In this document: positions 42,452 to 51,880 of the stretch, one piece after another
How the letters are laid out: each line of letters begins with the position of its first letter
How positions within the stretch are numbered: the first letter of the stretch is position 1
NCBI GenBank assembly: GCA_965197725.1
Contig: CBDANQ010000040.1
Coordinates: forward strand, 1-64,000
DNA length: 64,000 bases
Direction of reading: 5' to 3'
Origin: Longimicrobiales bacterium
GTDB taxonomy: Bacteria; Gemmatimonadota; Gemmatimonadetes; Longimicrobiales; Gaopeijiaceae
Program-made: the position numbers and the translations under genes
Notes under the pieces: generated by a model
Seen by the model: only the letters and a program-made list of their open reading frames with translations
Databases searched by the model: none
Told to the model about the DNA's origin: nothing

Positions 42452-44770
42452 TCAGAACCGAACCAACCGCGTGAACTTGACCGCGAAGGAGCGGTTGAGC
42501 ACTCCGGTGAACTCGTCCCGGCCCCCCAGGTTCCCGGCGTCCCCCAGGCCCCCCGTGTCCCGGGCGTCGGTGTACACCACGTAGAGGATCGTCCCCGGCT
42601 GGAGCTCCCACCGCCACCGGAGGTTGGTCTCCACGGCCTCCGTGCTGGAGTTGTACTGCACGAGGGCGCTGACGAAGTTGCGGGGCGTGAGGGTCAGCGT
42701 GGGCCGGGCTCCCAGGAGCGTGACCCGGAAGCTTTCGTCCTCCAGCGTCACCCAGTCCAGGGAGATGCGGGGCTCGACGCTGAACCGCGGGCCGAACTTC
42801 ACCCGTCCGTTGTAGCCGAGCTGGGTGCGGCGTCCCGTGTAGAAGCTCCCGTGGCTGGCGTTGAAGATGCCGCTCACCCACCGGTGGGAGCCCGCCTCGA
42901 AGCGGGCAGACACCTCGTGGAACCGATAGCTGCCCGGGGCCACGAGTCGGCCGCCGGCCACGGCTAACGGATCCTGCAGGAACTCGAATTGCCGGGAATA
43001 GTCCACCGTCAGGTCGTCGCCGCTTTCGAACTCCACCCGGAGGCGCGCCTGCTCCTGCCGGGTCTCCAGGACGTCGGCCTCGTTCACGTAGTGGTCCAGG
43101 CCCGCCTCCAGGCTCACCCGCCGCACCAGGGGCAATGACTCGGGCCGCCGGCTGATCCGCCCTTGAACGTAGGAGCGGAGCAAGCCGCTCCGCCGGAGGA
43201 GGCCCACCCCGGGATCGAACCCTTCATCCACCTTGAGCCGCTCCAGGCGGAGCCCGTACCGGTCGGCGTCGTAACGTGCCTGGGCCAAATAGCTCTCCCC
43301 GTCGGATGCCTCCGCCGCGCCCCGGGTCCGGGCGTAGTAGCCCGTGAGCCAGAGGTCCTGGACGGGGGAGAGGTCAAAGTCCGTGCCCCAGGCCAGGTTG
43401 GAGCCGTCGCCGTCCCGGGACGGCCGCCGGTAGGTGGCCAGAGCGCCGATCCTGCCCCGCTCGAAGACGTCGGACTTGACCCGGGCCACGGTGAAGTTCG
43501 TTCCCGGGGCGCCAGTGCCCTCCCCCCCGTCCGTCTGCATGTTCAGCACCCCCGTGGACACAGGACCCGCCCGCCCCATGAGCCGGCCGCCGCCCTCGAT
43601 GCGGACCGGCTCCCCCGAGGCGAAGCCGATGCGGCGGGTGTAGAAGAGGATGGGCGTGGGGTCGGGGCCGCCCCGGTTGGGCCCGCCGCGGGGGATGCCC
43701 ACGAAATCGAACACGCCCTGCCCCTCAAGGAGGAAGTCCCGCTTCTCGGGAAAGAGCAGGCTGAAGCGGCTGAGGTTGACCTGCTGCTCGTCGATCTCGA
43801 CCTGGGCGAAGTCCGTGTTGTAGGTGAGGTCGAGGGTCATGCTGTTGGTGATGCCGTAGCTCGCGTCCAGGCCGCCGTCGGCGTCCAGCTCCCGGGAGAC
43901 GCCGGTGGGCCGGTCGGTCCGGAGGGTCGAGATGGCGTACGGCCGGAACTCCAGGTCGTGGGAGGCGCTGGGAGCCTCCAGGCCCACCAGGGTCGCGGCC
44001 GAGGCCAGCCGGAAGATCCCGCTCTGGTTGAACGAGCGGGGTACCGGCGACAGCAGGCTGAACTCGTTCTTGGACCGCACCACCCGGAACACGTTGATCC
44101 CCCACACCTGTTCCCGCCCCGGGGCGTAGCGGAGGGACTCGAAGGGGATCGCCATCTCCGCGGTCCACCCCTCCTCCACCCGCCGGCTCCGGACGTCCCA
44201 GACCGTGTTCCAGTCGTAGTTGGTGGTGGTCTCGTCCAGGATCAGGGCGTCCCGCACCCCGCCCAGGGGGTTGGTCTGGAAGAAGAAGGCGCTCCGGCGG
44301 TCGAGAAAGGTGTCGAGGGCGACGATGACGTTGTCGTTCCTCCAGATGTTCCGGTTGTCCCGGCGCATCTCGTTGGCCACGATCCGCTCCGGCCGGCGGT
44401 CCAGGGCCCGGACGGCCACGTAGACGTTCCGGTCGTCGTAGAAGACCCAGATCTGGGTGTCTTCCGTGGCCGGGGCGCCGTTGTCCGGGTTCTGCTGGAT
44501 AAACCCCGACGCCGGCTCTAGCCTCCCGTACACCGCCTCCTCCAGGGCCCCGTCCAGCTCCAGGGGCTCCTCCAGGCGCACGGCCCGGATCGTTATCTCG
44601 CCCTCGTCGTTACGGGCCGCGGTAGCGGGAGGCTCCGGGAGGGCGAGGCCGCCGGTGGCAGCGGACGGGTCGGCGGCCTTCTCCTGCGCGCCCCCAGGAG
44701 CGGCGGCCAGGACGACGGCCAGGACGAGCGGGGCTGCCAGGGGGCACCGGACCAACACACATGCGTTCAT
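42452..44770 (-). CDS. CBM9-like + DUF5916 domain outer-membrane protein
   Basis: LDGALEEAVY, WTAEMAIPFESLRY, YNTDFAQVEID, FPEKRDF; C-terminal Phe; start uncertain. Confidence 0.82.
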   Translation of the reverse strand: MNACVLVRCPLAAPLVLAVVLAAAPGGAQEKAADPSAATGGLALPEPPATAARNDEGEITIRAVRLEEPLELDGALEEAVYGRLEPASGFIQQNPDNGAPATEDTQIWVFYDDRNVYVAVRALDRRPERIVANEMRRDNRNIWRNDNVIVALDTFLDRRSAFFFQTNPLGGVRDALILDETTTNYDWNTVWDVRSRRVEEGWTAEMAIPFESLRYAPGREQVWGINVFRVVRSKNEFSLLSPVPRSFNQSGIFRLASAATLVGLEAPSASHDLEFRPYAISTLRTDRPTGVSRELDADGGLDASYGITNSMTLDLTYNTDFAQVEIDEQQVNLSRFSLLFPEKRDFLLEGQGVFDFVGIPRGGPNRGGPDPTPILFYTRRIGFASGEPVRIEGGGRLMGRAGPVSTGVLNMQTDGGEGTGAPGTNFTVARVKSDVFERGRIGALATYRRPSRDGDGSNLAWGTDFDLSPVQDLWLTGYYARTRGAAEASDGESYLAQARYDADRYGLRLERLKVDEGFDPGVGLLRRSGLLRSYVQGRISRRPESLPLVRRVSLEAGLDHYVNEADVLETRQEQARLRVEFESGDDLTVDYSRQFEFLQDPLAVAGGRLVAPGSYRFHEVSARFEAGSHRWVSGIFNASHGSFYTGRRTQLGYNGRVKFGPRFSVEPRISLDWVTLEDESFRVTLLGARPTLTLTPRNFVSALVQYNSSTEAVETNLRWRWELQPGTILYVVYTDARDTGGLGDAGNLGGRDEFTGVLNRSFAVKFTRLVRF

Positions 44771-44862
44771 GCGTAGGATGATGTATGTCGTGATCCTGGT
44801 CCGAAAGCCCGTGCCCGCCGGCTTCGGCGGATTAGCCGCCGACGTGTCCCCACTCCAGCGCC

Positions 44863-45298
44863 TCGTCTCCGCCATCCTGCTCCACCTCGACCTCCCCCAC
44901 AAACCCCCGCCCCTCTCGCCCGCCCGCGGACCGCCCCAGAGCGATCTCCTCGTCGAGCTCCTCGATCAGACGCCCACCTTCGACCCCGCCGCGCCCGACC
45001 CCGTCCCGACCAACGCTTCGCGTCGGTGCCCTCGACTTCGACCAGTCCGTGCTCGACTCCTTCGACCCCTGAGTCTCCCGCGTCCAGTCGGCCGTCGGAT
45101 TCATTGCCCACCTCTATCCCTGCCCATCCACGCATCCCTGCGGCGCGTTCCGACTGACTGAGCTCCTCCTCCCGTTCAGCCGGCCTCGCTTCGCGTGCAG
45201 CGCCCGCACCGCTTCCGCCCGGCACCCCCGAAGCCCGCCACCATTCCCCTTCCCGCCTCACCTCCTGCCACGGCACCCCTTTTAGACCTCCTATCCTT
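44863..45298 (+). mobile_element. IS91/ISCR-like oriIS-end remnant, copy 3 (about 435 bp)
   Basis: Encodes VSAILLHLDLPHKPP... tail; carries one micro-element (45009-45031); same 3' end. Confidence 0.82.
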
Positions 45299-45409
45299 CC
45301 GAAGAGGGTTTCGAAGCCGTCCGAGCCACACGATCTTTGGCAGATCGCGAGCCGTCGTATTCGACAGCGTGAATTCAAGTCCCGCAGCGACCTCGGAGAG
45401 TGATCGACC

Positions 45410-46058
45410 ATGGCTGAGCCGGTGCGCCGCCACCACTGGATCGTCCGCTTCACCCACTGGTGTGCTTTCATTCTGGTCTTCGCGATGGTGGCGAGCGGTC
45501 TCCAGATCTACCGAGCTTACCCGCGGTTCGGCGAGCGAGGCGGACCGTACCTCGTGAATCCGTTTCACGACAGGGCGTTCCCGGAGTGGTCACGGCTGGG
45601 AGGGTGGCTCGCCGGAGGGCTCAACTGGCGCTTCGCGCTCATGTGGCCTCTATCTCGGCTATCTCGTGTTCTCGGCCGAGTGGAAGAAGCTCCTCTTTGG
45701 GCCGCGCGACGTGAAGCCGGCGATCGAGATGCAGAGGTACTACCTCAGGCTCCGCAAGGAGCACCCGCCACAGGGGAAGCACAACGCACTGCAGAAGGCC
45801 GCGTACACATCAGTCCTGTTTCTCGGCGTGCTGTCTGTGGCGACCGGCGTGGCAATCTGGAAGCCGATCCAGTTCTCGTGGCTTACATGGATCTTCGGCG
45901 GATACCAGTTCGCCCGATACTGGCACTTCTTGACGGTGTGGATCTTCGTTGCGTTCGCGATCGTGCACGTCGTGCTCGTGTTCGCTGTGGACCCTGCATC
46001 GTTCCGCGCGATGATCACCGGATGGTATCGGGGGAGGTACACCAGCGATGAGTCGTAA
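45410..46058 (+). pseudogene. Cytochrome b/b6-domain membrane subunit, frameshifted near 45650
   Basis: IVRFTHW...SGLQIY, GKHNALQK, ARYWHF, IVHV split over two frames; NWRF where a His ligand is expected. Confidence 0.75.
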
Positions 46059-46746
46059 CGTGAATCGGCGTGCGTTCGTCGCGTCGAGTGCTGCAGCGGT
46101 GCTCAGCGCCTGCGGGTGGGATGGTGGGCCGGCGCTCCGGCCGGTGTTCGGCGGGGTCGGTCGATTCAACGACTGGTTCAGCGAACGGTTATTCTCCGCC
46201 GATCGGCTCGCACGGAAGTACGAACCTGAGCAACGCTCGACGAGCTTTCCGAACTACCACATCAGCCGCATGACCCCAACGCTCGCCGACCCGTCGGCAT
46301 GGCGGCTCGAGGTCGGTGGGTTGGTGCGCACCCCTCTCTCGCTGTCGATCGAGGAGATCCAGCAGCTCGGCCGCATCAGCTACACGGTCAAGCACCATTG
46401 CGTGGAGGGATGGTCGGCCATCGCAACCTGGGCGGGCGTCCCGTTCCGGGCTGTCGCCGATCGGGCCGGGGTAATGCCCGGAGCGCGCTATGTGCGTTGC
46501 GACTCGTTTGATGCGGGCTACTACAACGGATGGGACCTGGGGTCGGCCATGCATCCTGAGACGATGCTCGCTTACGGGTTCAACGACGGAGACATCATGC
46601 CAGATCACGGGGCGCCGCTGAGGCTCTACGCGCCGCACAAGCTCGGATACAAGCTCACCAAGTATTTGACACGAATCACGCTGACCGATGAACGTCCCGG
46701 CGGCTACTGGGAGGACCAGGGCTACCCCTGGTTCGGCGGCGTATGA
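46048..46746 (+). CDS. Sulfite-oxidase-family molybdopterin oxidoreductase (MsrP/YedY-like), Tat lipoprotein
   Basis: NRRAFV...LSAC; HHCVEGWS, HGAPLRL, GYKLTKY, GYWEDQGY. Confidence 0.88.
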   Translation: MSRNVNRRAFVASSAAAVLSACGWDGGPALRPVFGGVGRFNDWFSERLFSADRLARKYEPEQRSTSFPNYHISRMTPTLADPSAWRLEVGGLVRTPLSLSIEEIQQLGRISYTVKHHCVEGWSAIATWAGVPFRAVADRAGVMPGARYVRCDSFDAGYYNGWDLGSAMHPETMLAYGFNDGDIMPDHGAPLRLYAPHKLGYKLTKYLTRITLTDERPGGYWEDQGYPWFGGV

Positions 46747-46970
46747 GGCGCCGTTCGATCTGTTTGGGGGCGGTGATCGTCCTGACCGTGTCGGCCTGCG
46801 CCCGCGAGTTGGACATGCCGGAGCGCCTTGAGATGCCGGACACGATGGCCGTCCACCGCGCGATGGAGGATCCCGCGGCGCGGGACTTGATGCTCGATTC
46901 GATGCCCGGCGGTGAGATGGCCCGGGGTGACTCGACCGCCGAGATGGAGCTCCTGAAGAAGAAGATGTAG
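46743..46970 (+). CDS. Small Met-rich hypothetical lipoprotein
   Basis: 75 aa; VSAC lipobox; ATGA overlap with the upstream gene. Confidence 0.65.
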   Translation: MRRRSICLGAVIVLTVSACARELDMPERLEMPDTMAVHRAMEDPAARDLMLDSMPGGEMARGDSTAEMELLKKKM

Positions 46971-48376
46971 CTCCACACGAGCCCCGGAGCGCCGCCTGAC
47001 GCCCAGCTCGGAGCCGTCAGCTTCTTTCATCGCTTCGGCTCGTCCCTCAACGTCCACCCCCACTACCACCTCATCGTCCTCGACGGTGTGTTCGGCGAGG
47101 CTGGCGACGGCGAGATCGAGTTTCACGAGGCCTCCGAGCTGACGCCCGATCACATACGCCAGCTCGAACCCATCCTCCAGCGACGCGTCCTTCGCTACTT
47201 CCGCCGCCACGGGCTCCTGGACGAGCTCGACGCCGCTGGCATGCTCACCTGGCAAGGCTCGGGCGGGTTTAGCGTCGACGCCTCCGTGCGCATCGAGGGT
47301 GAGGACCGCGCGGGCATCGAGCGCCTCGTCCGATACTGTGCCCGGCCGCCCTTCGCGCTCGAACGCCTGCACGCCCTCGACTCCACCCCTGCCCTCGCTT
47401 CAGGGGCACCCACCGAAGGTGGGTCGGCCGCGTTCTCTACCGCTTCCCGAAACCCGACGTCCACGGCCGCACCGAGCTGCTGCTCACACCCCTCGAACTC
47501 CTCGAGGCCCTCGCGACCAACGCTTCGCGTCGGTGCCCTCGTCCCACCCCCGCGCGTCCATCGTCACCGCTACCACGGGGTTCTGGCTCCGAATGCCAGG
47601 CTGCGGCCCTACGTCGTCGCATTCGGTCGGCCCGAGCGCGTGCCCGAGGCGCCTGTGCCCGAAGGCGATGCCACCTCACCTGGCGTGCCCCCCCCCCGAG
47701 CCGACCCCCGCTTCCCGCCCCTCCCCTGCCCGGGGGCACCCACCGCAGGTGGGTCGCTGGGCCGTCCTTCTCGCGCGCATCTACGACGTGCTGCCGCTCC
47801 TGTGTCCCGCAGGGCACCGCGCGAAGCGTGGTCCGCCGAGATGAAGATCCTCGCGTTTGCCTTCGGCGAGCTCCGCTTCGCTCCGGTTCTGACCGATCCG
47901 CCCGTCGTCTCCGCCATCCTCCTCCACCTCGACCTCCCCCACAAACCCCCGCCCCTCTCGCCCGCCCGCGGACCGCCCCAGAGCGATCTCCTCGTCGAGC
48001 TCCTCGATCAGACGCCCACCTTCGACCCCGCCGAGCCCGACCCCCACCAAAGGTGGGGTACCCGTCCCGACCAACGCCTCGCGACCACGCTCCGCGCGGT
48101 GCCCTGCCCTCGACTTCGACCAGTCCGTGCCCGACTCCTTCGACCCCTGAGTCTCCCGCGTCCAGTCGGCCGTCGGATTCATTGCCCACCTCTATCCCTG
48201 CCCATCCACGCATCCCTGCGGCGCGTTCCGACTGACTGAGCCCCTCCTCCCATTCAGCCGGCCTCGCTTCGCGTGGAGCGCCCGCACCGCTTCCGCCCGG
48301 CACCCCCGAAGCCCGCCACCATTCCCCTTCCCGCCTCACCTCCTGCCACGGCACCCCTTTTAGACCTCCTATCCTT
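46971..48376 (+). mobile_element. 5'-truncated IS91/ISCR-like rolling-circle element, copy 4; HUH transposase pseudogene (to 48150) plus oriIS end
   Basis: HRFGSSLNVHPHYH (HUH), RYCARPPF, HRYHGVLAPN, CPA.. motifs spread over frames; terminus resembles ISCR oriIS (...CTTCCTATACC). Confidence 0.85.
47404..48109. repeat. Cluster of seven GGGY-hairpin micro-elements (21-23 nt) plus one unrelated 30-nt insertion
   Basis: 47404-47424(+), 47516-47538(-), 47734-47754(+), 47812-47832(+), 48041-48063(-), 48070-48109(-) containing nested 48084-48104(-); 30-nt insert at 47859-47888. Confidence 0.8.
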
Positions 48377-48445
48377 TAACTGTCGCGTTCGGTTACCGTG
48401 GTGAGGTCGACGCTCGTCACGGCCTGGGCACCAGGGAGGTGAGCC

Positions 48446-50435
48446 ATGATCCCCGTCGCATTGAAACGCACCTTGGTCTTACTCGTCCTGGCAGCCCTTG
48501 CCCTTCCGGTCGCAGCACAGACTCCCCCGGCGACCTCGGAGCAACGGGCAGCTGGAGACCGAGTCGCTTCGGTCGAGTTCAGCGTCGACGAGCTCATCGT
48601 CGAGCGCGAGGCGACCACCTCGCTGGAGGTCCGTCTTCTGGACGGGGATGGCAATCCGGTCGACGAGGCGGTCGCACTTCTCGTGGCCCGGGTGAGTGTG
48701 TCGCCGCAGGTCGTGCCACTTACGGGTACCGTGTCCGCCGAGCTCACCGGGGGAGCACCCGGCGAGGGTGAACTGGCTGTGATCGTAATGAGGTCGGAGG
48801 ACAGCGGGGGCGGCGCATTCAGGATGCGCGGCGCGGCGCTCGTCGGGACGCTGCCAGTGCGCGTCTTGGAATGGCCGGCTGGGTCGATCGAGATCGATGA
48901 GCCCAGGTATGCGGCCTACGTCGGGACGTCGCTGCGACTGGCCGGACGCGTGCTCACCGACCGCGGCACGGAGCACAGCACGGCTGGAATTACGTGGCGC
49001 TCGTCCGATCCCTCGGCCGCCTTGGTGACGGCGGGTGGCGTGCTCATCGGCCTGAACCCGGGCCGGGTCACAGTGACCGCACACACCGAGAACAACGTCG
49101 TCGCCGGCCTGGAGGTGGATGTTGTCACAAACCCCGTGACGGGGCTGTCACTCACCCCACAGATGGCGCGGGCCCGGACGGGCGATGTGGTCGAGTTCGA
49201 GATCATGCTCGCCGATGTCCAAGGGCGGGCAGTTACCGACGCCTCCGTCGACCTCTCCGTTTCGGGCCTCGACGGGACCGCCGGGCGCCTACCGGGTCAT
49301 CGCAACCGTAGGCGGTGTCTCGTCGGCTTCTCTCGTCGAGGTCTCCCAACGTGACGTAGCCACCCCCGTCGAGCTGGTAGCGCACGGCGTGCGATCCGAG
49401 GTCTCCACGAGTGACCTGTGGGTCTTCGAGGGTTTGGACGGTCGCGACTACGCCTACACAGGAACACACGCCCAAGGGGGCGGCCAGCGCATGTTCGTGT
49501 GGGACGTCACGGACCCGGCGAGCGTCGCACTCGTCGATTCGGTTGTCGTCGACGCCCGGGTCGTGAACGACGTCAAGGTCAGTGAGGACGCAAGCTGGGC
49601 CATCATCACGCGTGAAGGTGCTAGCACGCGCCGGAACGGGATCGTCGTCCTGGACCTCCAGGACCCGGCTCATCCCACGATCATGGCGGAGCTGACGGAC
49701 GACCTGACCGCTGGAATCCACAACGTGTGGATCATGGGTGACGTGGTGTACGCGGTGAACGACGGCACCAACGCGATGAACATCATCGACATGAGCGATC
49801 CGTCGAATCCACGTAACGCGGGGCGCTGGGAGCTCCGGCCCGGCGAGACCGGCAAGTCACTCCACGACGTCTGGGCCGAGGACGGGTACGCCTACCTCTC
49901 GTACTGGGACGACGGGCTCGTCATTCTCGACGTGGGTGCCGGGACACACGGTGGCACCCCCTTCGAGCCGGTGTTCGTGTCGAGCATCTCCTACCCGGAA
50001 GGCAACACGCACGTCGCGTGGCGCGACCGGGACTACGTCTTCCTTGGCGATGAGATCGGCACGTCCGACGGCATGCGCGGATTCATCCATGTGATCGACG
50101 TGAGCGACGTCGACAACCCGCGCCAGGTCGCCAAGTACGACCTACCGGAGGCCGGATCCCACAACGTCTGGATCGAGGACGAGACGCTGTACATCGCCTA
50201 CTACCAGGGTGGCCTCCGCATCGTCGACATCAGCGGCACCCTACGTGGTGATCTGTACCGCCAAGGACGCGAGATCGGGTTCTTCCGCACCAGGGCTCAG
50301 GAAGGCCAGGGGCTCGTGCCCAACCGGCCCCAGGCGTGGGGACCCCAGGTCCACAAGGGTCACCTCTTCGTCAGCGACATCAACAGCGGCCTCTGGGTGT
50401 TGAGGCACGAGAGGCCGAGGCCGGCGGTGTTCTAG
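48446..50435 (+). pseudogene. Secreted Ig-like-domain + LVIVD-repeat protein, frameshifted near 49280
   Basis: Signal peptide, WRSSDPSAALV Ig motif, then GLVILDV / GLRIVDIS repeats in a second frame. Confidence 0.75.
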
Positions 50436-51547
50436 TGGCGGTAGCTCGTCATCTACCGGTCGCGGTAGTCCTCGCGGCTGGCCTCGCTGTCACGCACGAC
50501 CTCGAAGCGCAGTCGCGGGAAAGCGCGACGTATTGGGTGTACGTCGCAAACGAGTCCTCGGATCTGGTGTCCCTTGTGCGCTTCGACGGCCGCACGGCGG
50601 TCGAGGAGCGGGTGATCGAGGTGGGATATCACCCCGTCGACCTCGACGGGGCGCAGGGGCTGACCGTGTCACCCGACGGGGCCTTTTGGTACGTGTCCTT
50701 CGCCCATGGCCAGCCGTACGGCCGCGTCTGGAAGATGCGGACGGGCACCGACGAGCTCGTAGACTCGGCGACTGTGGGTCTGTTCCCGGCTACGATGGCG
50801 CTCTCGCCGGACGGCTCCACCCTGTTCGCGGCGAACTTCAATCTGCACGGAGACCCGGTTGCGAGCAGTGTCTCCACGGTCTTCACCCCTTTCATGGCGC
50901 CGACGGGGCAGATCGAAACATGCGTGAGGCCACACGGCAGTCGCGTCAGTCACGACGGGTTGAACCACTACTCGGGCTGTCTCCTCAGCGATCAGCTGGT
51001 CGAGATCTCCACGCGGACCCTCATGGTAACCCGCCGCCTTCGATTGTCTGCGGGGCGTGAGGGACCGGTGAACGTTCCCCCGGGCACCGTCGTCTCGGCC
51101 GACGGCGCGTGTCGCCCCACGTGGGTCGTCGTGTCGCCCGACGATCGCGAGCTGTACGTGACGTGTAACGGACGGGCGGAGATCCTCGCGATCGACCGAG
51201 AGACGTTCGAGATTACTCGGCGCTCGGCGACCGGACTGGGCCCTTACAGCGCGGCGGCAAGCCCCGACGGGTCCCGCCTCGTGGTGACCCTGAAGGGCGA
51301 GCAGGCCGTCGCGATCTTCGACTTGGAGACGGGCGCCGAGCGGCGCGTGGCGACGAGCCGGTCCCTCACCCATGGCGTCGTGATTTCGCCGGATGGGCGG
51401 TACGCCTTCGTCTCGAACGAGGCCGTGGGCGCCACACGTGGAACGGTCGACGTCATCGACATCGCTAGTGCCGAACCGGTTGCGATCGTGGAGGTTCAGT
51501 ACCAGCTGGGCGGAATCGGCTTCTGGAAGATGGAGCCGGCACGCTAG
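50435..51547 (+). CDS. YncE-like beta-propeller protein
   Basis: VYVANE, repeated SPDG motifs, PHG; signal-like N-terminus; GTG start overlapping the upstream stop. Confidence 0.82.
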   Translation: MAVARHLPVAVVLAAGLAVTHDLEAQSRESATYWVYVANESSDLVSLVRFDGRTAVEERVIEVGYHPVDLDGAQGLTVSPDGAFWYVSFAHGQPYGRVWKMRTGTDELVDSATVGLFPATMALSPDGSTLFAANFNLHGDPVASSVSTVFTPFMAPTGQIETCVRPHGSRVSHDGLNHYSGCLLSDQLVEISTRTLMVTRRLRLSAGREGPVNVPPGTVVSADGACRPTWVVVSPDDRELYVTCNGRAEILAIDRETFEITRRSATGLGPYSAAASPDGSRLVVTLKGEQAVAIFDLETGAERRVATSRSLTHGVVISPDGRYAFVSNEAVGATRGTVDVIDIASAEPVAIVEVQYQLGGIGFWKMEPAR

Positions 51548-51658
51548 ACGTCAGCCCAGCGCCCTCGTACGGATCTCCTCAGCCACTCTGTTGATGAACG
51601 CGCCGCGGTCCATGACGTCCTGTCTCTCCTGGCCCGAGCGTCCGCAGCCGACCCCATA

Positions 51659-51681
51659 GTTCTGATGGAGGCGGCGGGAGT
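51659..51681 (-). repeat. 23-bp direct repeat of the tmRNA 3' end
   Basis: GTTCTGATGGAGGCGGCGGGAGT at 51659-51681 and 51874-51896. Confidence 0.85.
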
Positions 51682-51830
51682 GGCGGCGTCCCTTCGGGCC
51701 ACCGTCGGCTCCTCGGTCCGGCAGACAGATCTTCAGTAGACTCGCCTGCTCGTCGGCTCAAACCCGCTAGCGCTCTTCGCTTCGCGAATCCCGGCGGGTT
51801 CGCCTCCCGCCGACCTGGCTAGACGGCGTA

Positions 51831-51879
51831 AAGAACAGAACAGGCCTGAGCACCGTGTAGGGTAGTCGGGCCTGTTCTG
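51831..51879 (-). terminator. Intrinsic terminator after tmRNA
   Basis: CAGAACAGGCC...GGCCTGTTCTG followed by TTCTTT on the minus strand. Confidence 0.6.
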
Positions 51880-51880
51880 A

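Noticed and set aside
21667..48376. The four long repeats or the micro-hairpins as a CRISPR array
   Set aside because: No regular repeat-spacer periodicity, mixed orientations for the hairpins, and no cas genes.
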